In this document: positions 1 to 8,296 of the stretch, in pieces
Numbering within the stretch: position 1 is the stretch's first letter
How the letters are laid out: the number at the start of each line of letters is the position of its first letter
Translations under genes and position numbers: made by a program
Notes under the pieces: generated by a model
Told to the model about the DNA's origin: nothing
Seen by the model: the letters and a program-made list of their open reading frames with translations, nothing else
Databases searched by the model: none
Virus record (IMG/VR): IMGVR_UViG_3300028048_000040
Coordinates: 128,001 to 192,000 of that record
Length of the DNA stretch: 64,000 bases
Strand: one strand, 5' to 3'
DNA from: a virus
Lineage: Duplodnaviria; Caudoviricetes

Positions 1-1
1 T

Positions 2-2197
2 TCTGTATCTAAGAAACTTATGTATGCTGAAGCATCTATCTTAGGTATCAAAATACCAGTAATAGTATTGCTTTCTTATAATATAGGCTTACAGAAAGTA
101 TTATCTCGTCATAATATCAAATATGAATTTACTGAGAAAAGACCATCTAAAGATCAATTCTATATCAAATTCTCTGATGGATATCTAGTATATGAACCTA
201 AATCTGAAGCAGATAATTTATTAGTAAATGGATTAATGCAATTTGATACATCTGAATATTCTATATCTGATATCAATTCTAAAGACATGTGGATTCCAGT
301 ATTAGATGAATTTGGTGGTAGAGTTAAAGCAGATGGTTTAGATAACTTCTATGATCTCTTTATGGATCCAATTACTACAGAAATTTGTAGACTTACTAAT
401 CTACCAACTGATTATGTAGGTGCTATGCTGTATGCTAATGATCTATTGATAGATAATAAGTTCAATCGTCATACTGATATTACTGGTAATAGATTAAGAA
501 CTAATGAGATTATAGTAGGTCACTTATATCTAGTAACTTCTAGAGCATTTGGTGATTATAGAAAGACTATAAAGAAGAATCCTAACTTAGCTCAGTTTAC
601 AGTAAAGAAATCTGCTGTAATCGATTCTATCTTAACTCACGATCAGACCTCTTCTGACTTATCTACATTAACACCACTTCTAGAATCTGAATCTGGTGGT
701 AAAGTAACATTCAAAGGTCTATCAGGTATGAACTCAGAGAGAGCATTCTCTGTAGATAAGAGAACCTATGATAAGTCTATGCTAGGTATAGTAGGTATTT
801 CTACTGGTTTTGCTACAACTGTAGGTGTTAATAGACAGCTTACTATAGATGCCAATATTAGAAATAAGAGAGGATTTGTTGGTAATACAGAAGCAAAGAA
901 TCTAAATAGTACTAATGGTTTCTCTATGTTTGAAGCATTATCTCCAATGGCTATTAATCATGATGACCCATTCCGTACAGCAATGGCATATACACAAACT
1001 GGTCAACACCAAATGACTACTAGAAAATCTATGCCTAACTTGGTAACCACTGGAGCAGATCAAGCTATCGCTTATCTCACTTCTAATAAATTTGCTTATA
1101 AGTTTAGAGGTAATAGAGGAGTAGTCAAAGAGATCAATGATCAATATATGATTATTGAAGATCAAGATACTAAAGAATGTGAATTTGTTGATCTTAGAGA
1201 AACTATTAGAAAGAATTCTGATGGTGGTTTCTATCTTACTACTAAACTTACAGCTACAGAAGGATTGAAGAAAGGATCTAAACTAAAACAAAATGAAATT
1301 GTTGCATATGATAGGAAGAACTATTCTAAGTCTGTTGGTACTACTGGAGATCCTCACGATATTTCTTATAATATTGGAACTCTTGCTAAAGTAGCTATAA
1401 TGAATACAGATATGGCATTCGAAGACTCTTGTGTAGTAGATGAATATGTATCTGATGCATTGACTACAAATCTATGCTATATGAAAGATATCAATCTAAA
1501 TAAACTCTCAAACGTATATAATCTAGTAAAACCTGGAGATAAAGTAGAAGCAGATGATAGCTTATTAGTATTCCAGGATTCATTTGATGAAGAAGAAGCA
1601 AATGAACTATTAAGAAATATCTCTATGGATCAAGAATTCATTTCAGATATTGGTAGAAAACATATCAGATCTAAAACATCTGGTGTAGTACAAGATGTAA
1701 AGATATATAGAACTTGTGAAATATCTGAACTCTCTCCAACATTACAAAAAATATGTAAAGAACATGATGCCAGAATCAATAAACTCAAGAAAGCTATGAG
1801 AGATAATAAGATAGAAAGGGAATATACTCTAGAACCTACTAAGAAATTAGAGCAAACTGGTAAACTAAAAGGTTTAGAAGGTGTAAGAATAGAGATCTAT
1901 GTAAAAGCAGTAGATAAGTTTGGTATCGGTGATAAACTTGTATTCTATCAAGCTTTAAAAGGTGTATGTTCTTATACTATTCCTAAAGAAGTATCTGGAT
2001 ATACGGATTATAGACCTAATGAAAAAGTAGGAGCTTATCTATCTCAGATTGGTACATTCAAACGTATGGTTCCTTCTTGCTATCTATTAGGATTTACTAA
2101 TAAACTATTAGTAGAACTTACTAGACAATGCCAAGAAGAACTGGGAATCAAATGGAGACCAATACAAGAAATAATGGAAGATGAACCAGAAGAATAA
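2..2197 (+). CDS. Phage multisubunit RNA polymerase beta-like subunit (5'-truncated by window; probably the large virion-RNAP beta piece)
   Basis: HDDPFRTAM..Q..Q..P.LVTTG, DMAFEDS, GIGDKL..ALKGV and IGTFKRM match RpoB motifs HDDANRALM, GYNFEDS, GDK..GNKGV and LGVPSRM. The frame is open upstream of nt 20 and the protein stops before the RpoB clamp region (split subunit). Confidence 0.9.
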   Translation, partial: SVSKKLMYAEASILGIKIPVIVLLSYNIGLQKVLSRHNIKYEFTEKRPSKDQFYIKFSDGYLVYEPKSEADNLLVNGLMQFDTSEYSISDINSKDMWIPVLDEFGGRVKADGLDNFYDLFMDPITTEICRLTNLPTDYVGAMLYANDLLIDNKFNRHTDITGNRLRTNEIIVGHLYLVTSRAFGDYRKTIKKNPNLAQFTVKKSAVIDSILTHDQTSSDLSTLTPLLESESGGKVTFKGLSGMNSERAFSVDKRTYDKSMLGIVGISTGFATTVGVNRQLTIDANIRNKRGFVGNTEAKNLNSTNGFSMFEALSPMAINHDDPFRTAMAYTQTGQHQMTTRKSMPNLVTTGADQAIAYLTSNKFAYKFRGNRGVVKEINDQYMIIEDQDTKECEFVDLRETIRKNSDGGFYLTTKLTATEGLKKGSKLKQNEIVAYDRKNYSKSVGTTGDPHDISYNIGTLAKVAIMNTDMAFEDSCVVDEYVSDALTTNLCYMKDINLNKLSNVYNLVKPGDKVEADDSLLVFQDSFDEEEANELLRNISMDQEFISDIGRKHIRSKTSGVVQDVKIYRTCEISELSPTLQKICKEHDARINKLKKAMRDNKIEREYTLEPTKKLEQTGKLKGLEGVRIEIYVKAVDKFGIGDKLVFYQALKGVCSYTIPKEVSGYTDYRPNEKVGAYLSQIGTFKRMVPSCYLLGFTNKLLVELTRQCQEELGIKWRPIQEIMEDEPEE

Positions 2198-2201
2198 AAA
2201 T

Positions 2202-2233
2202 AAACCAGTAGGGATTTCTCCCTACTGGTTTTT
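2202..2233. terminator. Bidirectional intrinsic terminator
   Basis: aaaccagtaggga-tttc-tccctactggttt between convergent genes, with A/T tracts on both sides. Confidence 0.85.
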
Positions 2234-2318
2234 AATTTCTTGAAACACGATCTAGTACTTTTCCAAGCAAGTATGATATTCCTATAACCATACACCAGAA
2301 AAGAAATTCACCAATCAT
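2232..2318 (-). CDS. 28-aa hydrophobic peptide MIGEFLFWCMVIGISYLLGKVLDRVSRN
   Basis: Translated by hand; overlaps the end of the upstream small ORF and stops at the terminator; one TM-like stretch. Confidence 0.5.
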   Translation of the reverse strand: MIGEFLFWCMVIGISYLLGKVLDRVSRN

Positions 2319-2430
2319 CGGATTCGTCGTAGTCATTGCCATCATCATCACTTTCTCCATAACCAGTAAATAATATAATTGCTATTCCAACCAGCATTAA
2401 AAATCCACCAAATGCAATCATCTCATACAT
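2308..2430 (-). CDS. 40-aa membrane peptide with acidic tail MYEMIAFGGFLMLVGIAIILFTGYGESDDDGNDYDESDDW
   Basis: Translated by hand; GAGGG SD upstream. Confidence 0.7.
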   Translation of the reverse strand: MYEMIAFGGFLMLVGIAIILFTGYGESDDDGNDYDESDDW

Positions 2431-2440
2431 ATAAATCCCT

Positions 2441-2572
2441 CTAATCTGTTAAAGATTCTAATATAGCTCCTAAGATCTCAAAGATAGCTTCAAAGAACCC
2501 TATCTTTATTAATAACCAAATCCCCCCTAAACATCCCATTCCGATTAGTCCATATAACCAATATACACTCAT
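2441..2572 (-). CDS. 43-aa membrane peptide MSVYWLYGLIGMGCLGGIWLLIKIGFFEAIFEILGAILESLTD
   Basis: Translated by hand; GAGGTG SD; early-type promoter at 2584-2598. Confidence 0.7.
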   Translation of the reverse strand: MSVYWLYGLIGMGCLGGIWLLIKIGFFEAIFEILGAILESLTD

Positions 2573-2583
2573 ATCCATCACCT

Positions 2584-2598
2584 CATAGATATAATATA
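2584..2598 (-). promoter_or_regulatory. Early-type phage promoter TATATTAT-N4-ATG
   Basis: Matches a motif repeated about 16 times in intergenic regions of this window. Confidence 0.75.
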
Positions 2599-2607
2599 TG
2601 GATAAAA

Positions 2608-3486
2608 TTAATTTTCTAATTCAAGAATCCCACCTTGTTTTCTATGAATAGTTCCTTTCTCAGTTTCTATAGTAAACTCATCTTGAAGAGTATCCATTAT
2701 ATTAATTTGAGTGAGATATGCAGGTAATGTATGCATTTGAATCTTATCTACTAAATCTCTTAGTTCTATAGATTCTCCATTATAAGTGCAAGATTTTACT
2801 TCTTCTAATCCATTATCTTTCATAAACTTTTCTACTATATCAAATTCAGTTCTAAGTTTGCCCATCTCTTCTTCTCTTACTGTTAATATATCTCTAACCA
2901 TTATATCTTCAAATTCCTGTTTATGGTCATCTATATTTTTTACCATAAGTTTAGTAAGAGATTGAGATAATATTAAAGCTTGAACTTTTCTTACTTCATC
3001 TTTATCTCTTTTTAATTCTTTTTCTATTTCATCTCTTTTATTCTGATATTCTATATAATTTTCCATTATATCGTCACTTACCTGACGATTTAGAATCTTG
3101 ATCTTCTTATCAGTCATTTTATTGAAATCATGAATAGAATATATCTGACCATCTGCAGTCATGATATAGAATTTTACTTCTATATCATGGTCATACAAAT
3201 TTATTCTCTCATCATCTAGCATATTATATATATCGGCTAAAAAATATCCTCTTACATCAGCTTCTTTAATAGCATCATATGAGCAAAAAGCATTAAATGT
3301 ATAATCTTTTTTATCTTCCCAAGATGGTAAAACTTTAACATGACCATTATTCCAATATTCTATATTTTCATATATAAAGCCTTTAAGTTTTTTAATTATT
3401 CTTGGAGTACCATCACATAAAGAAATAAATACATCATCATCTAGCATTTCCGCATCAGTAATAGCGTAAATATGAATCTTGAGCAT
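2608..3486 (-). CDS. Hypothetical protein, 292 aa, coiled-coil C-half
   Basis: ORF with AGGAGG SD; AACT-N6-TAA motif at 3516-3528. Confidence 0.75.
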   Translation of the reverse strand: MLKIHIYAITDAEMLDDDVFISLCDGTPRIIKKLKGFIYENIEYWNNGHVKVLPSWEDKKDYTFNAFCSYDAIKEADVRGYFLADIYNMLDDERINLYDHDIEVKFYIMTADGQIYSIHDFNKMTDKKIKILNRQVSDDIMENYIEYQNKRDEIEKELKRDKDEVRKVQALILSQSLTKLMVKNIDDHKQEFEDIMVRDILTVREEEMGKLRTEFDIVEKFMKDNGLEEVKSCTYNGESIELRDLVDKIQMHTLPAYLTQINIMDTLQDEFTIETEKGTIHRKQGGILELEN

Positions 3487-3546
3487 AATGTTCTCCTCCT
3501 ATATAGCCTGTTTTCTTATCTTAAAGTTTGCCATATAGTGATTGAT

Positions 3547-3559
3547 CACATTTAGATAA
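3547..3559 (+). promoter_or_regulatory. Late-type promoter CACA-N6-TAA
   Basis: ACA-N6-TA motif found upstream of the structural genes here. Confidence 0.7.
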
Positions 3560-3588
3560 TGAGAACAACGAAGGAGGTTAATAAGAAA

Positions 3589-5370
3589 ATGCCTATTCTT
3601 AAGAAATATCAGGCTAGTCCATTTTATATAAATATAACTGTCCCTCAAGTTATACCTATTATTATGGGTGCACTTATAATAAAAGGAAATGTTAGACTAG
3701 TTCCACCTCATCAAACATCTTCATATCTTCCTGGAAATGTTACATTAATTCCAGAAGAATTTACACCAGAAGAATTTGATGGTACGGTTACAATTAAACT
3801 AAGTGAATATAAGCCAGGAAGTCCTGATGATATTATAATAGAAGGTAGCTCATTAGCAGGTTCTGTTACTTTTACTAATACTAAAGTTCCAGTACAATCT
3901 AATGACATAGTATGCCATGTAGAACTTGTGGATACATATTATAGAACTAATTTGCTAGATCCTATTGAATTAATAGTTCCGCAAACAACTGATTGGGATT
4001 TCCCAACAGATCCTACTGTAAAAGAGTATGATTCTACTAAATATGGTAGAGCTGATATAAAAGGTTCAGGTACTTTGGTAGCATATGACTATGAAGATCC
4101 TAATAATGATATATCTGGTTCTGGTAGATTGATGTATGAGTGGTATAAGAAATTTGTAATGGTTGGTAAAGTTACTCTTCCAAAAATAGAAGAATCTATG
4201 GATATAGATGCATCTGTAAGTATTCTACCAGAGGATTATGAACAAGATTTAATAGATATAGCAGTAAGAGTTCCTAGATATGATGTAAGTGTATACATTG
4301 ATACTAGGGTTATAGTTCCCAAGTTTAGAGTTCAATATACTATTCCCATAGATATAGAAGTTGTATCAGGATATTGTACATGTTTACCAGTAGATATAGA
4401 TGTAGTTAATGAATGTATTTGGGAATTTGATGGTAACGTATCTCTTCCTAAAATAGATACTGAAGACGATATAGATTCTACTGTTACTCTATTACCAGAA
4501 GCATATGAGGATATAGATTGTCATGCTAAATTAAATATATTAGCTACATATAGAGAGTTTGATTGCTCTGGATTCTTGATTGGTAGAGTTATAGATGAAT
4601 TTGGTATAGAAATAACTACAGAAGAATATGAAGATCCTATATATGATTTCAGTGAAGATATTATGGATTGTGTAGTACACTTTGGTGGTAAATCTCTATT
4701 TGATTTTGATATAACTGTTAAAACTGAAGCTATTCCTTTATTTGATTTTAAAGAAGATCTTATTGAAGGTATGGTTCATTTAAGAGATTATAAGAGAATT
4801 GGTATTGTTGTAGATCCTAGATGGAACTATGATGCTTATGTATTCAAATCTTCTCTATTAACTCTATTTGATAAATACTATGATAAGACTGTATTAGATA
4901 TAGTTTATGGTGGTAATCCTAGATCAGATTGGGATATAGAACATCTTGGATATGTATTCCATAATAAGCTTACTAAAGTTCCTATTATATTTGATCCTAT
5001 TCATCCAGATCACACTAAGAGAACTATAGAGCATTATATCTATCATCTATCTGATACTCCTATAGATGTACCTATAACAAAAGTATTCTTATTTACAGAT
5101 AGACCAGATTATATTGCTTCCAATCCATTATCTCTAATTACTCAGTTCTGTAAAGATAACTATATAGACTTTGCTATTATTACATCTAGTGGAGAGTTTA
5201 TAGATTATCATGATAATCAAGCTTTCTCTACTACAACTAATCCATTAAGAACTGAACCTCATTCAGTAATGGGTCCATTATCAGTAATGCCTATGGATCA
5301 TTTTAATAAAGTTGCTGAACCTAGTGATCCTAAACACCCATATTATCATCCTACTAAGATTATATATTAA
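3589..5370 (+). CDS. Hypothetical acidic beta-rich protein, probably virion-associated
   Basis: ORF track 3559..5370; AAGGAGG at 3571 favours ATG 3589; internal G.V.LPKI..DID..V.LLPE.YE repeats; late promoter. Confidence 0.6.
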   Translation: MPILKKYQASPFYINITVPQVIPIIMGALIIKGNVRLVPPHQTSSYLPGNVTLIPEEFTPEEFDGTVTIKLSEYKPGSPDDIIIEGSSLAGSVTFTNTKVPVQSNDIVCHVELVDTYYRTNLLDPIELIVPQTTDWDFPTDPTVKEYDSTKYGRADIKGSGTLVAYDYEDPNNDISGSGRLMYEWYKKFVMVGKVTLPKIEESMDIDASVSILPEDYEQDLIDIAVRVPRYDVSVYIDTRVIVPKFRVQYTIPIDIEVVSGYCTCLPVDIDVVNECIWEFDGNVSLPKIDTEDDIDSTVTLLPEAYEDIDCHAKLNILATYREFDCSGFLIGRVIDEFGIEITTEEYEDPIYDFSEDIMDCVVHFGGKSLFDFDITVKTEAIPLFDFKEDLIEGMVHLRDYKRIGIVVDPRWNYDAYVFKSSLLTLFDKYYDKTVLDIVYGGNPRSDWDIEHLGYVFHNKLTKVPIIFDPIHPDHTKRTIEHYIYHLSDTPIDVPITKVFLFTDRPDYIASNPLSLITQFCKDNYIDFAIITSSGEFIDYHDNQAFSTTTNPLRTEPHSVMGPLSVMPMDHFNKVAEPSDPKHPYYHPTKIIY

Positions 5371-5375
5371 ATAAC

Positions 5376-5408
5376 TAGGAGAGCTCATATGAGCTCTCCT
5401 ATATTTTT
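5376..5408 (+). terminator. Intrinsic terminator
   Basis: taggagagctc-atat-gagctctccta followed by a T-rich run. Confidence 0.8.
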
Positions 5409-5431
5409 GTAATTATTAAAAATTTTAAGCA

Positions 5432-5446
5432 TATATTATATCAGTG
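5432..5446 (+). promoter_or_regulatory. Early-type promoter TATATTAT-atca-GTG
   Basis: gcatatattatatcagtga, identical to the site at ~25990. Confidence 0.8.
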
Positions 5447-5640
5447 AAAGAACTAAGGACTATAGGAGACAAATCCGGTCCAGGCTCGGAAAGTGCAGCA
5501 TACCCACGCTGAGGTGGTAGCCTTTGACCACAAAAAGGGAGATAGCACTTGCGTGCTAGAAAGGGGTGAGTCCATTGAACAATTTAATTTAGTAATTTAA
5601 AGAAAAGAAGGTGTAGTCGAGCCTTCCTTTCTTTTTTTAT
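5444..5640 (+). ncRNA. Candidate structured ncRNA or attenuator leader upstream of thyX
   Basis: GC-rich stretch with no convincing ORF between an early promoter and a U-tailed terminator (5600-5640); several short hairpins and a long-range ggact/agtcc pairing. Confidence 0.6.
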
Positions 5641-5699
5641 TTTATTCTTCAAAAGACAATAGAATAGCATTTATTCTATTTATAAGGAGAGGATTCAAT

Positions 5700-7031
5700 A
5701 TGAACATTCTAAACAAAATCAAAGATTTTTTTTCTGGTAAACAGAAAGAAGAAGAATTATTCAGTAAAGCAGAACAAGTAGATCGATCATCTGTTCATGT
5801 ACTAAGTGTTTCTCCTAATGTATATTTAGCATGTAGAGCTGCTAAATTATGCATTGGTAAAAAAGTAAATGGTACTATTACAGATAGAATGAAGTATATA
5901 GAGAAAATAGTAGGTATGGGTCATGAGAGTATTCTAGAACATACCAATGTGGTTGCTATGATTATCTATTATAATCCTATCTCTAAACCAGAACAATTTT
6001 CTGAAATCGTTGCTAATGGTAAGTATTTAGATATTATTCCTAAGCAAGATGGAGAAAAAACTGTTGTTCTTATTGGTGGTTCTATTAGAGCTTATATGCA
6101 TCTAGTAAGAGAAACAGATCAGAATAATGTATATCTAGAAGACATCAAAAAAGTGATGTATCAGTCTATTGAGAAATGTTTCTTGAAATCTCTTATTGAA
6201 AAAGGATTACTTGATGAAGCTGAATGTAACTTCATGACATATGCTACAGTAGATAAACATGTAGAAGATGATCAAGAACCATTACCAGAAATTATAGAAG
6301 ATCCTAAAGAAAAAGAAAGCAAAACTTCTGATCTTATCTATATTACTGATTTTGATAAACTTTATAGCGATGTGGTATTACTTTCTGATAGATATACTAA
6401 GAGAGAAATAGTAAGAATGTGTCACTTTACATTCTTATTCCATGATATTTCTCGTTCTTGTGGTAATCAGTTATGCAGACACCGTAATGGTATTACACAA
6501 GAATCTCAAAGATATGTAACTCATGAATATACTAAAGAGAAAGACTTTATTGATCCTATCAGAATGCAGTTAGATGATAGATATAACAATCTGGCTCCTA
6601 ATCTTATAGAGAAATTTAATAAAGTAGACTTTAAGACTTATAAAGATATGATCTCTGCTGGTATATTTAAAGAAGATGCTAGAGCATGGTTACCAATGAA
6701 TGTTACTACTAAGATTATGATGACATTCAATGGATTTACTTTAGCTAAATTCTTACATCTTAGAACAGCTAAAGGAGCTCAATTAGAGATTAGAAATATG
6801 GCTAATGAAATGGTTCATCAGTTATTTACTAATACAGAAGCATATGTAGACTTTATAAATACAGTATTAAAATTTGGGTATGAAGATGTAAAACCAGCAT
6901 ATACTTCTGATACTATAGATGAAGAAATTGATATTAAAACTGAATCATTTGAAGATTCTAAAATAGACTCTGATGAAGCAAAAAGACTTCTTGAAGTAGA
7001 AGAAGAATATAAGAATTTAGAGAAGAATTAA
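5700..7031 (+). CDS. thyX: FAD-dependent thymidylate synthase, long form
   Basis: GHESILEH, ISRSCGNQLCRHR..QESQRY, KEDARAWLP, LRTAKGAQLEIR. Confidence 0.92.
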   Translation: MNILNKIKDFFSGKQKEEELFSKAEQVDRSSVHVLSVSPNVYLACRAAKLCIGKKVNGTITDRMKYIEKIVGMGHESILEHTNVVAMIIYYNPISKPEQFSEIVANGKYLDIIPKQDGEKTVVLIGGSIRAYMHLVRETDQNNVYLEDIKKVMYQSIEKCFLKSLIEKGLLDEAECNFMTYATVDKHVEDDQEPLPEIIEDPKEKESKTSDLIYITDFDKLYSDVVLLSDRYTKREIVRMCHFTFLFHDISRSCGNQLCRHRNGITQESQRYVTHEYTKEKDFIDPIRMQLDDRYNNLAPNLIEKFNKVDFKTYKDMISAGIFKEDARAWLPMNVTTKIMMTFNGFTLAKFLHLRTAKGAQLEIRNMANEMVHQLFTNTEAYVDFINTVLKFGYEDVKPAYTSDTIDEEIDIKTESFEDSKIDSDEAKRLLEVEEEYKNLEKN

Positions 7032-7082
7032 CAAATGATTAGTTCTGTTAACTCTATTATATATGAAAAAGGAGATTTCAAA

Positions 7083-8150
7083 ATGGAAAACAACGAAATC
7101 AAAAACGAACAAGTCAATGAAAGAAAACCTTACTATCGTAAAAACAACTATCGCCGTCATCAGTGGAGAGAAAAACCTCAGGCTATTTCTTATATTAAAT
7201 CCTTTGATAACTTTAATGATGGTTTTACCGAAGTGATTCGGTTTAATCCTGAATTGAAGAACTATTGTGGTGATTTTGGTTCTTATGATGCTGTAATTGC
7301 TTCTATGACCAAAGCGATTAATGATAATATTCCGTCTCCAAATAATATTAACTATCCTAACACTCTTTCTCTTAGTATTGATGCTAATGAAGTAGGATTT
7401 AAAACGGATACTAATATTGCTCTTGGTTGGAGAATTAGATACTCTTATAAAGAAGCTAAGACTTATTATAATTTCCGTGTAACCTTCATCTCTATTCCTG
7501 TATATAAGAATAATACTATTGCAGATATGGTAGAAGCAGGTTGGAAGAAACTTGTAAAGTCTAATCGACAGAATCGTTATTGGAATCATCTCGAAGGAAA
7601 AGATCGTGAAGAATCCAATGAAGGATTTAAAGTAAAAGAACTCATTGGAGAACAGAAGATTTCTACTAATCATTCTATGAGTATGCCTAAAGCATATAAT
7701 GAAGATGAATATGATGATGTAGAAGATTCTGTAGCTGATTTAAAAGAGATTCATACTGCTGATAATACAGTAGATGATGAAGATATTCTCAATCCAGGAG
7801 ATGAAGTTGCTATTATTAGTGATGAATCTGTAGCTGCTGAACTTGGAGTAGATAAAATCATCTTGAATGGTGAAGATATCAGTAAAGAAGAAGCAGCTGA
7901 AAAGATGGAAGAAGTTCTTGATAAAGTAGAAGAGCAAGCAACTTCTGGATATGTAGAATCTAATGATAGTATCTCTGCAACTGCTAACCCTAGTGTATTT
8001 ATCATCAATCACAAAGGTGAACCTCGTGTAATCAATATTGATGCAGATGATATTGCTTATGGTGATATGCTCGTTAATAAAGAAACTGGTTTGATTAGCT
8101 TTGCTGATGGAACTATTTTTGATTATAAGAACTTAAATATAATGCATTGA
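7083..8150 (+). CDS. Hypothetical protein with acidic C-half
   Basis: ORF track 7035..8150; AAGGAG SD favours ATG 7083. Confidence 0.7.
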   Translation: MENNEIKNEQVNERKPYYRKNNYRRHQWREKPQAISYIKSFDNFNDGFTEVIRFNPELKNYCGDFGSYDAVIASMTKAINDNIPSPNNINYPNTLSLSIDANEVGFKTDTNIALGWRIRYSYKEAKTYYNFRVTFISIPVYKNNTIADMVEAGWKKLVKSNRQNRYWNHLEGKDREESNEGFKVKELIGEQKISTNHSMSMPKAYNEDEYDDVEDSVADLKEIHTADNTVDDEDILNPGDEVAIISDESVAAELGVDKIILNGEDISKEEAAEKMEEVLDKVEEQATSGYVESNDSISATANPSVFIINHKGEPRVINIDADDIAYGDMLVNKETGLISFADGTIFDYKNLNIMH

Positions 8151-8232
8151 AATGCATCTCCTTAATTCATAACATTTAACACCTCATAACTTACCCCTAG
8201 AGCTTAATTGCTCTAGGGGGTGTTATTTGTTT
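8142..8232 (+). ncRNA. Candidate anti-SD sRNA or 3'-UTR element
   Basis: AACT-N6-TAA at 8130-8142, atgcat hairpin, CUCCUU and CACCUC seeds, terminator hairpin 8194-8219. Confidence 0.4.
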
Positions 8233-8296
8233 GCCGAGACATAGGTGTAAGTCTAGACTAAATAAAAGACTAGGAGAAAGGAGGAAATTGATAATT

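Noticed and set aside
2080-2295. 71-aa minus-strand ORF in the track
   Set aside because: Runs through the terminator into the RNAP gene; the 28-aa ORF in another frame fits better
5478-5503. CAGGCUCGGAAAGUGCAGCAU resembles SRP RNA helix 8 (CAGGUCCGGAAGGAAGCAGC) and RNase P GGAAAGUGC
   Set aside because: The apical stem is one nt short, the flanking helix does not pair, and the rest of either RNA is missing; kept only as an unassigned ncRNA
8231-8296. Annotated TTG start and N-terminal extension of the giant protein
   Set aside because: Overlaps the late promoter; the SD supports ATG 8297. The same logic was applied to the starts at 3559, 7035, 22011, 34634, 44754, 46457 and 46752
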